64,000 bases of DNA from IMG/VR virus record IMGVR_UViG_3300032280_000361; one strand, written 5' to 3'. The stretch comes from a virus. Its lineage: Duplodnaviria > Heunggongvirae > Uroviricota > Caudoviricetes. The notes under the pieces are model-generated. The model saw only the letters and a list, made by a program, of their open reading frames with translations, ran no database searches and was not told the DNA's origin. The position numbers were made by a program, and so were the translations under genes. Below are positions 26,393 through 37,600 of this stretch, one piece after another; within the stretch, counting starts at the first letter, position 1, and every line of letters begins with the position of its first letter.

Positions 26393-28747
26393 TTATACAC
26401 TAAATGATGCTCCTGTCGGTAAGATGTTGAAATCAATTACGATGAATTCAGCCGTCTTAGAAGGTTGTAAAAACACAGAACCTTGTAATATGTTTCTGTC
26501 GATTACATCTGGTGTATTATTTGTCTCATCCATAACCACTCTAAATGCGTAAAGTCCTTGTCTTTGTTGAACTGCTTCTAAGTAAGGGTTTACAGTATTT
26601 AAGAATTTACTTCTTGTTTGTGCCGTATTTTGTTCGAACACTAAGAATCTAGAAGTAGATGCAACAAACTTCTTCAAGTTAATTAACAATCTTCTTACGT
26701 TGATTCTATCTAATGCAGATGCTTTATCTTGTAAAGTCTTCTGTCCAAATGCACTAATACCTTGTCCAGGGAATGTTGCGATTGGATTTACTTTACCTTC
26801 ATATAATGTATCTCTCTCTGATTGAGTTAATCTATTCAATACTTGAACTGCTCCAGCGATACCACCTCTATTTAAACCAGCTGGTGCGAACCACTCAGCG
26901 CCTAATCTATCATTTTGTGCATATGTACCTACCAATAATACTGATGGTGGAACTGCTACTAATTTGTTAGTATTTACATCAATTGTTTTAATCCATGGAT
27001 AGTAAGTAGCTACATAGTTTGAATCTTCTCCTGCCGCTTGCTCAACTGCTTCTGAAATTGATGATTGTGCTCTAGCAAAGTCTGCTATATAAAATACATC
27101 TTCTCTTTCTTGACAAATATCAATTGCTTTAGTTGTTACATATGGATGCCAATATCTAACAATACCAGGAGTAACTAATAAGTTAATATCATATTCATCA
27201 GGATTTTGAATAGCATTTAATGCTTTAGCATAAGCTACTGAACCACTTGTTAATGATGTTGAACAATTGAATCCTTGTGTATTAATACCAGTAATATCTT
27301 CTCCTTTGTTAATTAATATAGTTGGGTCAATTCCATCAAATCCACCTTGAAACGCTATTGTGAAATTTCTCATCGCAAGTTGTATTGAAGAATCTGAACC
27401 AGATAATTCAACTGAAGGTAATCCTAAACCATATCTACCCGCAGTTACACCTTTAGGGTTATCTAAACCAAATGAATAGTTAGCACCATTTCCAGCACCT
27501 ACAGGTATTGGTTTTAAATAGTTAAGGTTATTATCAGCTACGATTGCAGTTTCGAAATCAAATCCACTTGAGAATACTGATGAACTAAATGAAGCTGATG
27601 TATATGTTACAATTGGGAATAACGCAGTGTGGTCAGTTCCATCTGCCGCGATACAATTAACTGGCAATTCATACTTATCATGCCCAAACGGAATAGCAGT
27701 TACAGGATATGTAGTAGTTGATACTTCAACTCTAATAAACTTACTTCTATTTTCATAATCTCCTGCTTCAGTAATTTTACCTACTGAATCAATTGTTATA
27801 GTTTTATCACCAATTCTTCTTCCAATAAAATTTGGAGAAGTAGGGTCTAATGTTAAATTATTATATTGTTCTAATATTGTTTTTCTCTTATCTGTATCAC
27901 CAAATGCTCTTAATACTAAACTGAATGTTCCGTAATCTGAACCATTTGAAGATTTGATGTTAGAAATTTGAACTTTGAATCTTGTGTTCTCTGTGTTACC
28001 ATCTGATACAGTGTGAACTCTAAATAAATTGTATCTAGTTGTTCCATTATATGTCTGTGATTGGATATATGGAGTAGAAGCGTATGTAGCATCTGAAGTG
28101 AAATCTTGGTCTGCTAATGTTTCTGAATCTGTTGCAAAAACTACATCACCATCAATAGTTGAAGCTGATAAGAAAGTTTTAGTATGGTCAAAATAAGTGT
28201 AAGAGTATGCTAATCTGTTAAATGAAGGTGAAGTTCCTAATACATCATCAATTGAATCTGCTGAACTCTTTTTCATATCCATTCTATATTGATTACCTGA
28301 ACCAGTAATAGAGAATACTCCAAACTCAGATGCACCAACCAATGTACTATTAGCTATAGTGAACGATGAAGAATTTGCAGATGAACTATGTGCCAATACT
28401 GCTATCATTTGTCTGTTCACAACTCCGTTAACATCTGGAGTAGTATCACGTGCAATAACTGCTAATGAACCCTTCTGTTTGTAACCACCAATTCCACCAA
28501 CTCTTACAACAGTTACAGCACCAGCATCTCTTAGATAGTTCTGAACTGCATATCCTGTGTAGTAATCTGTTGGAGTACCGAAAATACTTTCATACTCAGC
28601 CTGTGTTGTTATTAAAGTAGGAATGAAAGCTGGTCCTTTTTCAGTTGGTCCAACTATCGCTGCTCCTATTTGCGATATACCTTGTGGTAAGAAAGAAAGG
28701 TCGTTTTCTCTCGTAAATACCCCAGGTGATACAATTTTTTCTGCCAT
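26393..28747 (-). CDS. Tail sheath protein (gp18-like)
   Basis: SPGVFTREND, WFAPAGLNRG, GQKTLQ, DRINVRRL, FEQN, AEFIVIDF. Confidence 0.97.
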   Translation of the reverse strand: MAEKIVSPGVFTRENDLSFLPQGISQIGAAIVGPTEKGPAFIPTLITTQAEYESIFGTPTDYYTGYAVQNYLRDAGAVTVVRVGGIGGYKQKGSLAVIARDTTPDVNGVVNRQMIAVLAHSSSANSSSFTIANSTLVGASEFGVFSITGSGNQYRMDMKKSSADSIDDVLGTSPSFNRLAYSYTYFDHTKTFLSASTIDGDVVFATDSETLADQDFTSDATYASTPYIQSQTYNGTTRYNLFRVHTVSDGNTENTRFKVQISNIKSSNGSDYGTFSLVLRAFGDTDKRKTILEQYNNLTLDPTSPNFIGRRIGDKTITIDSVGKITEAGDYENRSKFIRVEVSTTTYPVTAIPFGHDKYELPVNCIAADGTDHTALFPIVTYTSASFSSSVFSSGFDFETAIVADNNLNYLKPIPVGAGNGANYSFGLDNPKGVTAGRYGLGLPSVELSGSDSSIQLAMRNFTIAFQGGFDGIDPTILINKGEDITGINTQGFNCSTSLTSGSVAYAKALNAIQNPDEYDINLLVTPGIVRYWHPYVTTKAIDICQEREDVFYIADFARAQSSISEAVEQAAGEDSNYVATYYPWIKTIDVNTNKLVAVPPSVLLVGTYAQNDRLGAEWFAPAGLNRGGIAGAVQVLNRLTQSERDTLYEGKVNPIATFPGQGISAFGQKTLQDKASALDRINVRRLLINLKKFVASTSRFLVFEQNTAQTRSKFLNTVNPYLEAVQQRQGLYAFRVVMDETNNTPDVIDRNILQGSVFLQPSKTAEFIVIDFNILPTGASFSV

Positions 28748-28782
28748 GTTATCTTTATTTAAAAATTTTTAGATTTCCTCTA

Positions 28783-28791
28783 TATAAATAT
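28783..28791 (-). promoter_or_regulatory. Candidate late promoter motif ATATTTATA
   Basis: About 35 nt upstream of the sheath start. Confidence 0.65.
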
Positions 28792-28811
28792 CAAAAGAAA
28801 CTTCCAAAATA

Positions 28812-29063
28812 TTACTGAATAGGTTTAAATTCTCCGGTAATCAAATCTATATTCCCTTCTCCGTAATTATTTTTTAATTTTTCGAATAATACTTCCTCTT
28901 TTTTCTGAATTTCTTTAAGGGTGATGTAGTTTGGTCCGTTCTCTTCTTCCAATTCTTTTATTCTCGATTGAATAGAACCAATACTTGCAAAGATGTTTGC
29001 AAATTCATTTCGTAACTGAACTATTTCATCTAGTTCATCTTGAGATAACTTTTTGTTTTCCAT
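28812..29063 (-). CDS. Small coiled-coil hypothetical protein
   Basis: 83 aa, heptad pattern, ends YGEGNIDLITGEF. Confidence 0.75.
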   Translation of the reverse strand: MENKKLSQDELDEIVQLRNEFANIFASIGSIQSRIKELEEENGPNYITLKEIQKKEEVLFEKLKNNYGEGNIDLITGEFKPIQ

Positions 29064-29095
29064 TTTTTTATTTTGTTTTAATTATGGTATATATC

Positions 29096-29104
29096 TATAA
29101 ATAT
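29096..29104 (-). promoter_or_regulatory. Candidate late promoter motif ATATTTATA
   Basis: Overlaps the upstream stop codon; about 32 nt before 29063. Confidence 0.6.
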
Positions 29105-29289
29105 TACGATATTTCCGTAACCTTATATTTAGCTCCAAAATTATCCAAACTTTCTAATTCTTCCTTCTTTTCGGTAGCTTCCACCTCTGTTTCGAAGAGT
29201 TCAACCCCATCAAAAGTATAATCTTTAGAAACATAAATCCTTTCGATTACATTTCCTTCACTTACTAATTGTTTTGTTATTTTAAACAT
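29104..29289 (-). CDS. Small hypothetical protein
   Basis: 61-aa co-oriented ORF closing the fibre/GT/Hint operon. Confidence 0.7.
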   Translation of the reverse strand: MFKITKQLVSEGNVIERIYVSKDYTFDGVELFETEVEATEKKEELESLDNFGAKYKVTEIS

Positions 29290-29303
29290 ATTATATTATT
29301 TTA

Positions 29304-30602
29304 TTATCCTGTTGCAGTTGAGCCGAACCCACTTTGTAATCCTGCGAAGTTTGTTTTAGCTCTTGCAAAAATAGTAGAACCCGTCTTATAATTTAAAGTA
29401 TTAGAACTATATGCAGTAAAAGTTGCTAATATAGAACTAAATCCACTATCAGATGCTATTTGTATATCATAAGAGAAGTTTGCAGTAATCGCGGTTGAAC
29501 CAGGAGAAACTACTGCTGAATTCGTACTTAATGTTAAAGCCTTATATGCATCTCCACCAATAGTTGTTCCGGCAATCGATATAGTTGGATTGGTTGATAT
29601 TGAATACCCCGCTAATGAGTTTGCACCCTTATTGTGGGTAACGAATCCATTTACTATGTATGTATCCACATCTTCAACATCTATCGATACAACCTCTAAT
29701 GTGGATGATTGAACCTCATTCGCAATTATCTCTACTTCCTCTATTTGGTTCTCACCCAATACTTTTATTAATCTATCTCCAGGTTGAAGTAATCCTAATG
29801 GTTTGAATTTATAAACTTCTTCGTTTATATCAAATATCATCATAGGATGCTCACCATTTCCTCTAACATCACCTTTATCAGTTCGTATTATATTCCATCT
29901 ATCCACAAATGTATATGCAACATCCTTTACATAAGCAGGAACTAATATTCCTCCTGGTGTATAATATTCCCAATCATAAAAATTGAAATCATTCACTTGT
30001 TGAAAATGCGGAGGGAAGTATGCTTTTACAACATCCTCTTCTACTAAATCACCTGCTTTTTTAAATGTACCATCCCACATCTCAATCATCTCATCTAAAT
30101 GTAAACATAATCCACTAGCTCCCGCATAATCATCTACGTTGTAAATGGTTTTTGTCATAGCTACATTATAGCTAGATGCATGGTCGTTATAAAGGTCTCT
30201 AAATGTTGCAGTTAGTGTTCTAGCAGTTGGTGCAGCTAATGTAGATGAATTACCTACAGCGTTTGCAGTTACCGTTGGGTTATACGGAGGAAGCGATTGA
30301 ATTGTAAACTCTGCCCCTACTGATAAACTCCATGTGAAATTATTATATTGAGAACCAACTCTACTTAGGAATCTAGTTCCAGCATTTGTAAAGGTCATAT
30401 TAAATGTTTCCGCAGTTGATTCCTTTACATATGTGAATCCTGATATACTTGGAAATACCCCATCTATTGTGAAATCCGAAAATGCAATTGGACCGGTTGT
30501 TGTTCCTGCCGCAGTAGCAATGGAGTAGTTAGAAGTAGCCGTATTACCTGTCGCTGCTTTTAAATTCGATAATTCTAAATTGTCTCCCTGAACTCTAGGC
30601 AT
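29304..30602 (-). CDS. Hint (intein-like/BIL) domain-containing probable virion protein
   Basis: Internal CLHLDE...NGEHP...SIDVEDVDTYIVNGFVTHN; Thr/Ser-rich beta-type flanks. Confidence 0.85.
   Translation of the reverse strand: MPRVQGDNLELSNLKAATGNTATSNYSIATAAGTTTGPIAFSDFTIDGVFPSISGFTYVKESTAETFNMTFTNAGTRFLSRVGSQYNNFTWSLSVGAEFTIQSLPPYNPTVTANAVGNSSTLAAPTARTLTATFRDLYNDHASSYNVAMTKTIYNVDDYAGASGLCLHLDEMIEMWDGTFKKAGDLVEEDVVKAYFPPHFQQVNDFNFYDWEYYTPGGILVPAYVKDVAYTFVDRWNIIRTDKGDVRGNGEHPMMIFDINEEVYKFKPLGLLQPGDRLIKVLGENQIEEVEIIANEVQSSTLEVVSIDVEDVDTYIVNGFVTHNKGANSLAGYSISTNPTISIAGTTIGGDAYKALTLSTNSAVVSPGSTAITANFSYDIQIASDSGFSSILATFTAYSSNTLNYKTGSTIFARAKTNFAGLQSGFGSTATG
29631..30107 (-). other. Hint domain (159 aa, Cys1 to His-Asn, +1 residue Lys)
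   Basis: Blocks A, B, F and G recognisable; no homing endonuclease; no +1 Cys/Ser/Thr. Confidence 0.8.
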
Positions 30603-31608
30603 TATATAATTTTGTTAATTGTTCTCTCCAACTTTGTTTTGTATTGAAACGTTGTGCTAATAAATATTTAAATTTATCAAACTCCTCTTTTTTCTCTTCA
30701 TATGTGAGATACCCAATACTATCATAAATATCTTTAAATTCTTCTTTAGTACTAGCTCTAAATTTATAAGGTATATCTTCACACCAATCTTTTGATATGA
30801 TAGGTAATTTACCCCAATCTAAACTTTTAAATATGGAGAAGCCAAATGGCTCAGCAGAAAATGCACAATGAGATATACCCCAATCCATACCATAATATAT
30901 TTCTTCAAATGGGCTTTCATATTGGATTTGTTTTAAGTTCTTAAAGTTTATATCAGTTGTATGTTTCCAAGTCTTCTGAAAGGTTCTTATATTCGTAAAC
31001 ATAAATCCTCCCAATTGGTCTAAATAATGTGGGTTTTTTCTACTCTCACATCTCGCAGTAAATCCTATTAAGTTTGAATCAGATAATTCTTTATTATGAA
31101 TGAATTCGTAATAAGATGGGATACTAACTGCTCCTTCAAACTTCTCACCTTTCAATTCGTATAATCCTATCCATACTTTGTTTTTAGCATAAGATAGTAT
31201 TTCAGTTTCCCACTTTTGAGAATAATAAGGAGTCCAACCAAATGGTAAATCACTTATACCGGTTTCTACTACAACCTTATCTAAACAATTATGGATTATA
31301 TAAGAATGTATTTTATCCCTATTCTCTTCTATTAATTCCAAAGGAGTGTAGTGAGCATGTAATATATTAACTCTCCTACACTCTCTAAACTTTTCTTCAA
31401 AAATATCTCTGTGATTTCCGTTCTCATCATTATACCAATAGTGTTCGATTGGTATATCAAAATTAAAATCAGTTGGTTTAGTTCTATAAATAAGTAAAAC
31501 TGGCTGAGTGTTTAAGTCTTTACTTACCTCACTCAACCAGTTGTTTACCCAAATATCTACTCCCGTACTGATTTTACCTATTCCTGTGGTAAAATAAACA
31601 TCGTACAT
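30595..31608 (-). CDS. GT-B fold glycosyltransferase (GT4-like)
   Basis: IGFTARCESRKN and EPFGFSIFKSLDWGKLPII resemble the GT4 GRxxxxK and ExFG...G.P motifs. Confidence 0.65.
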   Translation of the reverse strand: MYDVYFTTGIGKISTGVDIWVNNWLSEVSKDLNTQPVLLIYRTKPTDFNFDIPIEHYWYNDENGNHRDIFEEKFRECRRVNILHAHYTPLELIEENRDKIHSYIIHNCLDKVVVETGISDLPFGWTPYYSQKWETEILSYAKNKVWIGLYELKGEKFEGAVSIPSYYEFIHNKELSDSNLIGFTARCESRKNPHYLDQLGGFMFTNIRTFQKTWKHTTDINFKNLKQIQYESPFEEIYYGMDWGISHCAFSAEPFGFSIFKSLDWGKLPIISKDWCEDIPYKFRASTKEEFKDIYDSIGYLTYEEKKEEFDKFKYLLAQRFNTKQSWREQLTKLYNA

Positions 31609-31609
31609 C

Positions 31610-34600
31610 TTATAACCCTCTTGCTCTTTTTAAATTTTCTACTTCTGATTTTAAGTTATCGATTTGTACTTGTTGCTCTTTCATACCTTCGATAAGAAGT
31701 GCAACTAACTTATCATACTTAACCGCTTTATATCCACTTTCTCTCGTTTGAACTAATTCTGGAAGTATCTCCTCAATTTCTTGTGCAATAACTCCGATAT
31801 CATGTCCTTCGTGTCCATGTAATTCAACGTTTGAAATCCAATCAAATTCGTATCCACCTATTCTTAATACCTTAGCCAATGCGTTTGGTATATTTTTGAT
31901 GTTCTCTTTAAATCTTCTATCCGATGAAGAGTAAGCTACGATATCATTTGCCGCATCGATTCTACCACTTGTTGCACTCGCCGCTACTCCAACTCCTAAT
32001 GAACCAACTCTAAAGTCAGCCGCAGTATGGATGTTTTGAGGTAATGATAATGATGCAGTAAATGCTCCGGTTGCGGTTACACCTCCTACGGTAATCTGAT
32101 TAGCAGTTCCTGTTATGTTACTTGCTCTAGATAATGTTGGGATAACTAATGAAGCAACACCGGTTGATGGATTTATTGATACCTCTCCACTTACCCAGTT
32201 AGCAACAGTTACTCTAGCTCCATTAGTAAAGTGTGTAGAACCAGTATTCAATGAAACAACATCTGCTCCAACTGATATACCATCTCCTGCTCCTACCGCT
32301 AAAGTATGAGCAACACCTTCTCCACTTGTCGCACCACCGGTTAAACCAGCTCCAGGATTAATAGTTGCAACATAATCTCCTGTCGTATCAGTTCCTAATG
32401 CAATTGAATTAGCTGCGATTGTTGCAGTACCATCAGTTGCAATAGTAACATCTCCTTTGATATAAGATACAACCGCTTGTTGAGAACCTGATTGGAAATG
32501 AATTGATTGTGTATCAATTGCGAATGTAGTATCCGTTTGATTCTTAAATACTGAACCACTAATACCACTACCCGCAGTTACATAATATTGTAAATTTCCT
32601 TTGTATTCTCCTGCAGTTACTTCTCCTCTGAAATTAGAAGCAGAAGCACTTACGAATCCACTTGCACTCATATTAAGAGAAGCGGTTATTGAACCTGTTA
32701 CTCTTAAGTTATTAGAGAACCATGCAGTAGAACCTGTGATTGGTCCAACGAATGATGAAGAACCATAAAAGCCTTCACCTTCTATTCTTAATCCACTTGC
32801 GGTTATTACACCACTTGCAGAAATATTACTATTGAATGTAGAAGCTCCATCATGTATAGAAGTTCCCGTTGTTCTAAAGTTTCCGTTTATTTGTGCACCA
32901 CTACCTGATATAGCACCACTCGCAGAAATTGTACTTCTTACGGTTGTAGCACCAATAATCAATGCAGTTCCATCAAATTGAACATTTGATAATGCTCTAA
33001 TTTCACCTGCTGACCAAACCCCACTACCTGTGATACCCTTACTTGCAGAGATGTATTCTTTACCACTTATGTTTCCAACAACTTCTAATGCTCCACTTAT
33101 GTTTGTAGCGTTTTGTACAAATAATGCAGATGCACTAATTGTATTACTCGCAGATATCGCACCTCTTATCGAAGTTGCACCTTCTACAAATAATGCTCCA
33201 CCACTAATGTTTCCACTCGCTGATATATGATTTAATGATGCAGTTTGTGCTACCAATATAGTTGATGAAGTAATTGCTCCATTTACAAACAATCCACTAC
33301 CTAATCTCATATTAGTTTCAGCATTCGACCATGAGAAGAATACGTTAGCACCACTTATGAATAAACCTGCTCCGTTTGCAGCAACCGATGTAGTTGAACC
33401 ACTAGCGATTTCAATTAAACGGTCTTCAATTTTTAAATCTGAAATTTGAAGTTGAGTTGTTGTACCCAATACATTCAAATCACCTTGTATAGTTGTTACA
33501 GATGAAACACCTGTTCCTGCAACGGTTATAGCATTTTTCAATGAAGAAGAATAAACTTCTAACGCACCGGTTGCTTGGTTAACTTGATTTCTAAATGTTA
33601 CTAAGTTGATACCATTTATAGTACTCGCATTAAAATCACCATTTACAGTAAAGTTCTTATCTAAGTACATATATTGCTCAGGATGGTCCCAATAGAAATT
33701 AACATTAGCACCACTTATGAATAAACCTGCTTTATCTGATTGAGCAGAAGTTGTAGAACCACTATTTATTTCAATTTGCTTATCCTTAACTTGTAATCTA
33801 TCAACTCTTAATTCACCTAATGTACCTCTAACTTGTAAGTTATTAAATACAATTAAATCACCATTACTTTCAGATATCGCACTTCTTAATGATGAAGTAT
33901 ATGCGTTTATTGATGAAGAGAAATTATTATGTGAAGGTGCGAATTCTCTAATTAAAGTTCCATCAACAGTTCCTCTTACTTCAATATTGTTATCAGAGTA
34001 AAGTGTATCAGAGAAATTTAAACTTTGAGAAGCGTGCGACCAAGTTACATATGCATCCGCACCACTAATGTAGAAACCTGCACCATCTGCCGCAGCTGAG
34101 TTCAATGAACCACTTGCGATTTCGATGAATTTATCTACTATCTTAACATCACCAACTTCTAATAATACTTTAGAACCAGTTACTCTTAATGTACCATGTA
34201 CTATTAAATCGTTTCCGTTTGTATTAATAGCTTGTTTTAATGAAGCAGAGTATGAGTTTAATCCACTCAATGCCAAATTAGTAGAAGCAGTGAATTGGTT
34301 AACCGAACCAGAGTATTCAAATCCGTATTCTCTAACTTGTATAGAAGAACTTACTACTTGTTCATAATTTATTTTTTTCTTAACACCTTCTTCAAAGTGT
34401 AAAGATTGTGTTGCAATTTTTACAGTAGCCGATGCACTACCATTATAGTTAAAGTAATCAAATCCACCTGCATCACCACCGGTAATAGCAAATGCCAAAT
34501 CAGCAGCTCCAGTAAATGAACCTGTGAATGAACCGGTTAAAAATCCGTTTCCACTAAATGAACCTGTTGCACTTAATGAGTTAAATACTGATAATGATGT

Positions 34601-37600
34601 TCCTTGAATAGAACCTGTCAATCTACCACCAATAGAACCGGTTACTACTAAATTATTTGTCATTCTTACTACAACTCCGTTATCGGTCATTGTAGAAGAT
34701 GTTAAGTTGTTACCAGTATATTGAATTACAGGAATAGTTCCCATTGGTAATCCTTCTTCATTACCATATGTTCCACCGTTAACAGGTCCTCCTATCATTA
34801 AAGATGAAGAACGTCCATCATTTTGTGCGATTACCCAGTTATCATCTACACCATCATAGAATAATGATGCCGATGCATACACGTTGTTTGGAGGAGTACC
34901 CCCCACAACAGAACCAGAATCCCATACAATCAATCCACCGAATCTAACTACAGGAGAAAACTCTCTTACCGCAATTGTATTTTCCGCAATATCTAAGTTA
35001 GATGCAGTAATTGCTGTAATAGTTGTACTACCCTTTACATCAAAGTTACCATAGATTGTTAAGTTACCTGATATTTGAGCGTTTTTCGCAACACCTATAC
35101 CTCCACTTACTACTAAAGCTCCAGCGTACCAATCGTTTGATTGTATTTCGCTACCTATTACAGTTCTCTCTAATTCATATGAAGCAATTGCTCCTGTTAA
35201 TGATTGAGAAACCGCTTGTCCTCCATCACCACCATACCATATCCAATCTTTTGGAAGGTTAGGTAATTGGAAATAAGTTCCAGGATGTTCTACTAATAAT
35301 TCACCATCGTTAATATTGATTCTACCTACTACAGCGATGTTCTGTACATAGAATGAACCGGTAGGTAGCTGAGTTGTTAATCCTCCATTAGGTCCAACAT
35401 ATAGTTGTTGTCCAGATGTTAATGCAGTTGTATCATAGTTTGTTAAGATACCCAATGCAGTTAATGAACCTGAACCACTTTCTAATAAATTATCCGCTGA
35501 TAAACCAACGGCTGGCATTTTATTCAATTGAGATGAAGAAGCAGGTCCAACTATTGTTAATCCCGTTCCTACATCAAATCCTTTTATATATAATGGAGTA
35601 CCTTTTGCAATCGGTCCACCATTTCCTATGTTTACAATACCAATAGAAGTTCTATCTGTGAAACCAAAGAAGATTCCACCTGCTCCATCACTTCTTAAAA
35701 TCTTACCTACACCTTGTGAATCACTATTTGGATATCTTAATCCACTTGCAGTAAAAGGTGCTTGTATATTTGCGTATTTAAATACATCTAATCCACCACT
35801 TAAAATAGTTGAACCACTTACAGATAAATTTCCACTTACTTCAACCGTCGGGCCTAAGTTTGTAGAATTTAAGATGAATAGGTTTCCACTTATTCTAGTA
35901 TCTAATTTGATATCAACGTTTCCACTAACAGTCAAATTACCACTTACAATTTGATTACCCTTAAATGTATTTGAACCGGTTGTTGCAGATGTAGCTAATA
36001 AGAATCTAACTGATTCACTAACACTCTGAGAGAATGCAGTAAATTGAGCTCCATCTGTAGATTGTGATGCAAATACACCAAATACTACTTCGATTGGTTG
36101 ACCATTACCACCCGTCAATCCGTTTCTTACTAATGAGGTTGATACTTCTAATGAAGTTATTGAATGTGTTACAATTAAATCTCTGCCTAATGAACGCGAT
36201 ACAATTTTAGAACCACTTAATGTGTTCGTTACAATCGTATCAATTGTATTTCTAAATTGTGTTCCATAAGCCGCACTACCACTCTTAGCTAATACTTGAT
36301 TATCAGTACCAGTTGCCGCAATAGTTCTAGTATCAACATACGTTTTAACCGCTTGTTGTGAAGGAACGGTATCTCTACCAGGAATACCCTGTGAGTTTAA
36401 TAATGTATCGTTATCAGATGCCTCATTGATTACAATACCTACCGGTACTCCATTTCTTCTGAATGGTCCAATTGATGATAAACCTGATAATGAGAACTGA
36501 TTCGCATCAATTGTTACCGCACCTGTCAATTGGTCTACTTTAAAGAATCTACCAACTTTTAAGTTACCTCTGTTATCAATTGTTACCGCAAATACTTTTC
36601 CAGGTTCAATCATTACAACCTCTTGTGATGAATCTGGAATACCACCATATTCAGGAATTGCATTATAAGTGATACCTGCTCCAACGTATTCTAATACAAG
36701 ACCTCCCGTTGATATGTTTGATAATTGAAAGAAATTAGCATTATCTCCTGCGTTAACGAAAAATACTGCAGGGAATGTTTCGATAAAGAACTCATCTGGT
36801 TCTACAGTTGTATTAATATCCGTTACTAAGTAATCAGCACCATTTAACTTCATCAAAGAAGAGAAGTCAATATTTCTTTGTTGTCCCTGGAATGAACCGG
36901 TAACTCTAACAAAGATATTAGCCAAACCACTTAATACTGCGGTTGCCTCTGCTCTAACTCCTCCAGGAGTACTAGGTAATGCAATAGAAACTGATGGTAT
37001 AGATGTGTATCCACTACCACTACTTTCTAAGTTTAATGCTACTACTTGTCCAGAAGTTACTAACGCAGAACCACTTGCTCCACTTCCTCCACCTCCACTA
37101 ATTGTAACAACCGGTGCTGTGGTGTATCCACTACCAGGAATAGTTACAGTGAAACCAGCTACATTTGAAGTACCCGCTGATAATACTAATGCACTTGTAT
37201 ATGTGTCTCTATAATTTCTTTTTGATATAATTCCTTGCAGACCAAAGTCAACTACGGAGTTAGAAATGTTTGCAAATCCACCACCGGATGTTTTAAATCC
37301 AAAAGTACAATATGTGGTAAACATAGATACGAACTGAGCGTATCCCGTATTACAAACGTGGTGTCCAGGTCCTCCCTGATTAACTTGCGTAAATGCCGCC
37401 GCAACCATTGAACGAAGTGGAGAACGAGGTGATGCTTCTCTACAACAATTACCATCCACTCTCATACCACCACCAGCACCGGTGTTATCTACACCTAAAT
37501 CTTCCAAATCATAAGGAAGAGGTACTAATGCAGAAATCTTTTCTCCGTTAAAATTAAAAGGTCCTGTGATTGCAGTTGAGTTCCAAACATATGGAGATGC

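Noticed and set aside
29631-30107. Canonical mobile intein
   Set aside because: The +1 residue is Lys, there is no endonuclease, and the host protein is not a conserved enzyme
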